Shown: positions 61,169 to 61,407 of the stretch, in pieces
Layout: each line of letters starts with the position of its first letter
How positions within the stretch are numbered: the stretch's first letter is position 1
The notes under the pieces: model-generated
Told to the model about the DNA's origin: nothing
Seen by the model: only the letters and a program-made list of their open reading frames with translations
Databases searched by the model: none
IMG/VR virus record: IMGVR_UViG_3300023174_000176
Span: 1 to 61,407 of that record
Length of the DNA: 61,407 nucleotides
Strand: one strand, 5' to 3'
From: a virus
Lineage: Duplodnaviria; Caudoviricetes
Program-made: the position numbers and the translations under genes

Positions 61169-61407
61169 TAGAACAACATAAACAAGCAATGACAGAGAAA
61201 CGTTCTCGGATTAAAGATAACGCATTACGTACCATCTTTGTACGTTTTCAAAAAGAAGGTATTCATAAATACCCAGCGGCCGCAACAGACCCAGCACTTG
61301 CTACAGGTGATGAGTATGATGTTAGCTTTTTAGCTACTCCACATAGACACATCTTTCATTTTGAAGTGTCTATTGAAGTATTTCACAACGACCGTGATAT
61401 TGAGTTT
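61165..61407 (+). CDS. QueD/PTPS-like T-fold protein, 3'-truncated
   Basis: Read manually: MIEQHKQ...VRFQKEGIHKYPAA...VSFLATPHRHIFHFEVSIEVFHNDRDIEF, an H...HxH metal-ligand pattern. Confidence 0.6.
   Translation, partial: MIEQHKQAMTEKRSRIKDNALRTIFVRFQKEGIHKYPAAATDPALATGDEYDVSFLATPHRHIFHFEVSIEVFHNDRDIEF

Noticed and set aside
1-61407. Stop-codon reassignment
   Set aside because: Standard code gives dense, full-length genes, and the polB break is explained by the HNH insertion.

Overview
AT-rich, densely coding, almost entirely plus-strand segment of a large tailed-phage genome. It is myovirus-like, with T4-superfamily replication genes and TAAATA late promoters; resemblance to RaK2/GAP32-type jumbo phages is an inference. 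Left to right: putative head-packaged proteins; three N/T/G-rich tail fibres, GH19 lysin and baseplate proteins; a DnaE fragment, GroES, clamp loader, PhoH, holin, DnaJ and ClpA; a cluster of modular putative polyproteins punctuated by [ILV]-x-E motifs; an array of eight beta-propeller-repeat genes interleaved with glycosyltransferases, 2OG-Fe(II) oxygenases and a sulfotransferase; TilS; a family-B DNA polymerase split by an HNH gene; a sliding clamp; and a TGT/DpdA-like plus QueD-like pair. Best candidates for undescribed biology: (1) a propeller display-and-modification cassette; (2) protease-punctuated cargo polyproteins with a DNA-conserved junction, one hiding a twin-arginine signal in front of a GH19 muramidase; (3) a fractured PolB with complementary, non-catalytic intein-like tails; (4) a covarying structured leader in front of two GIY-YIG endonucleases. 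All family calls come from motif recognition by eye; no database searches were run.
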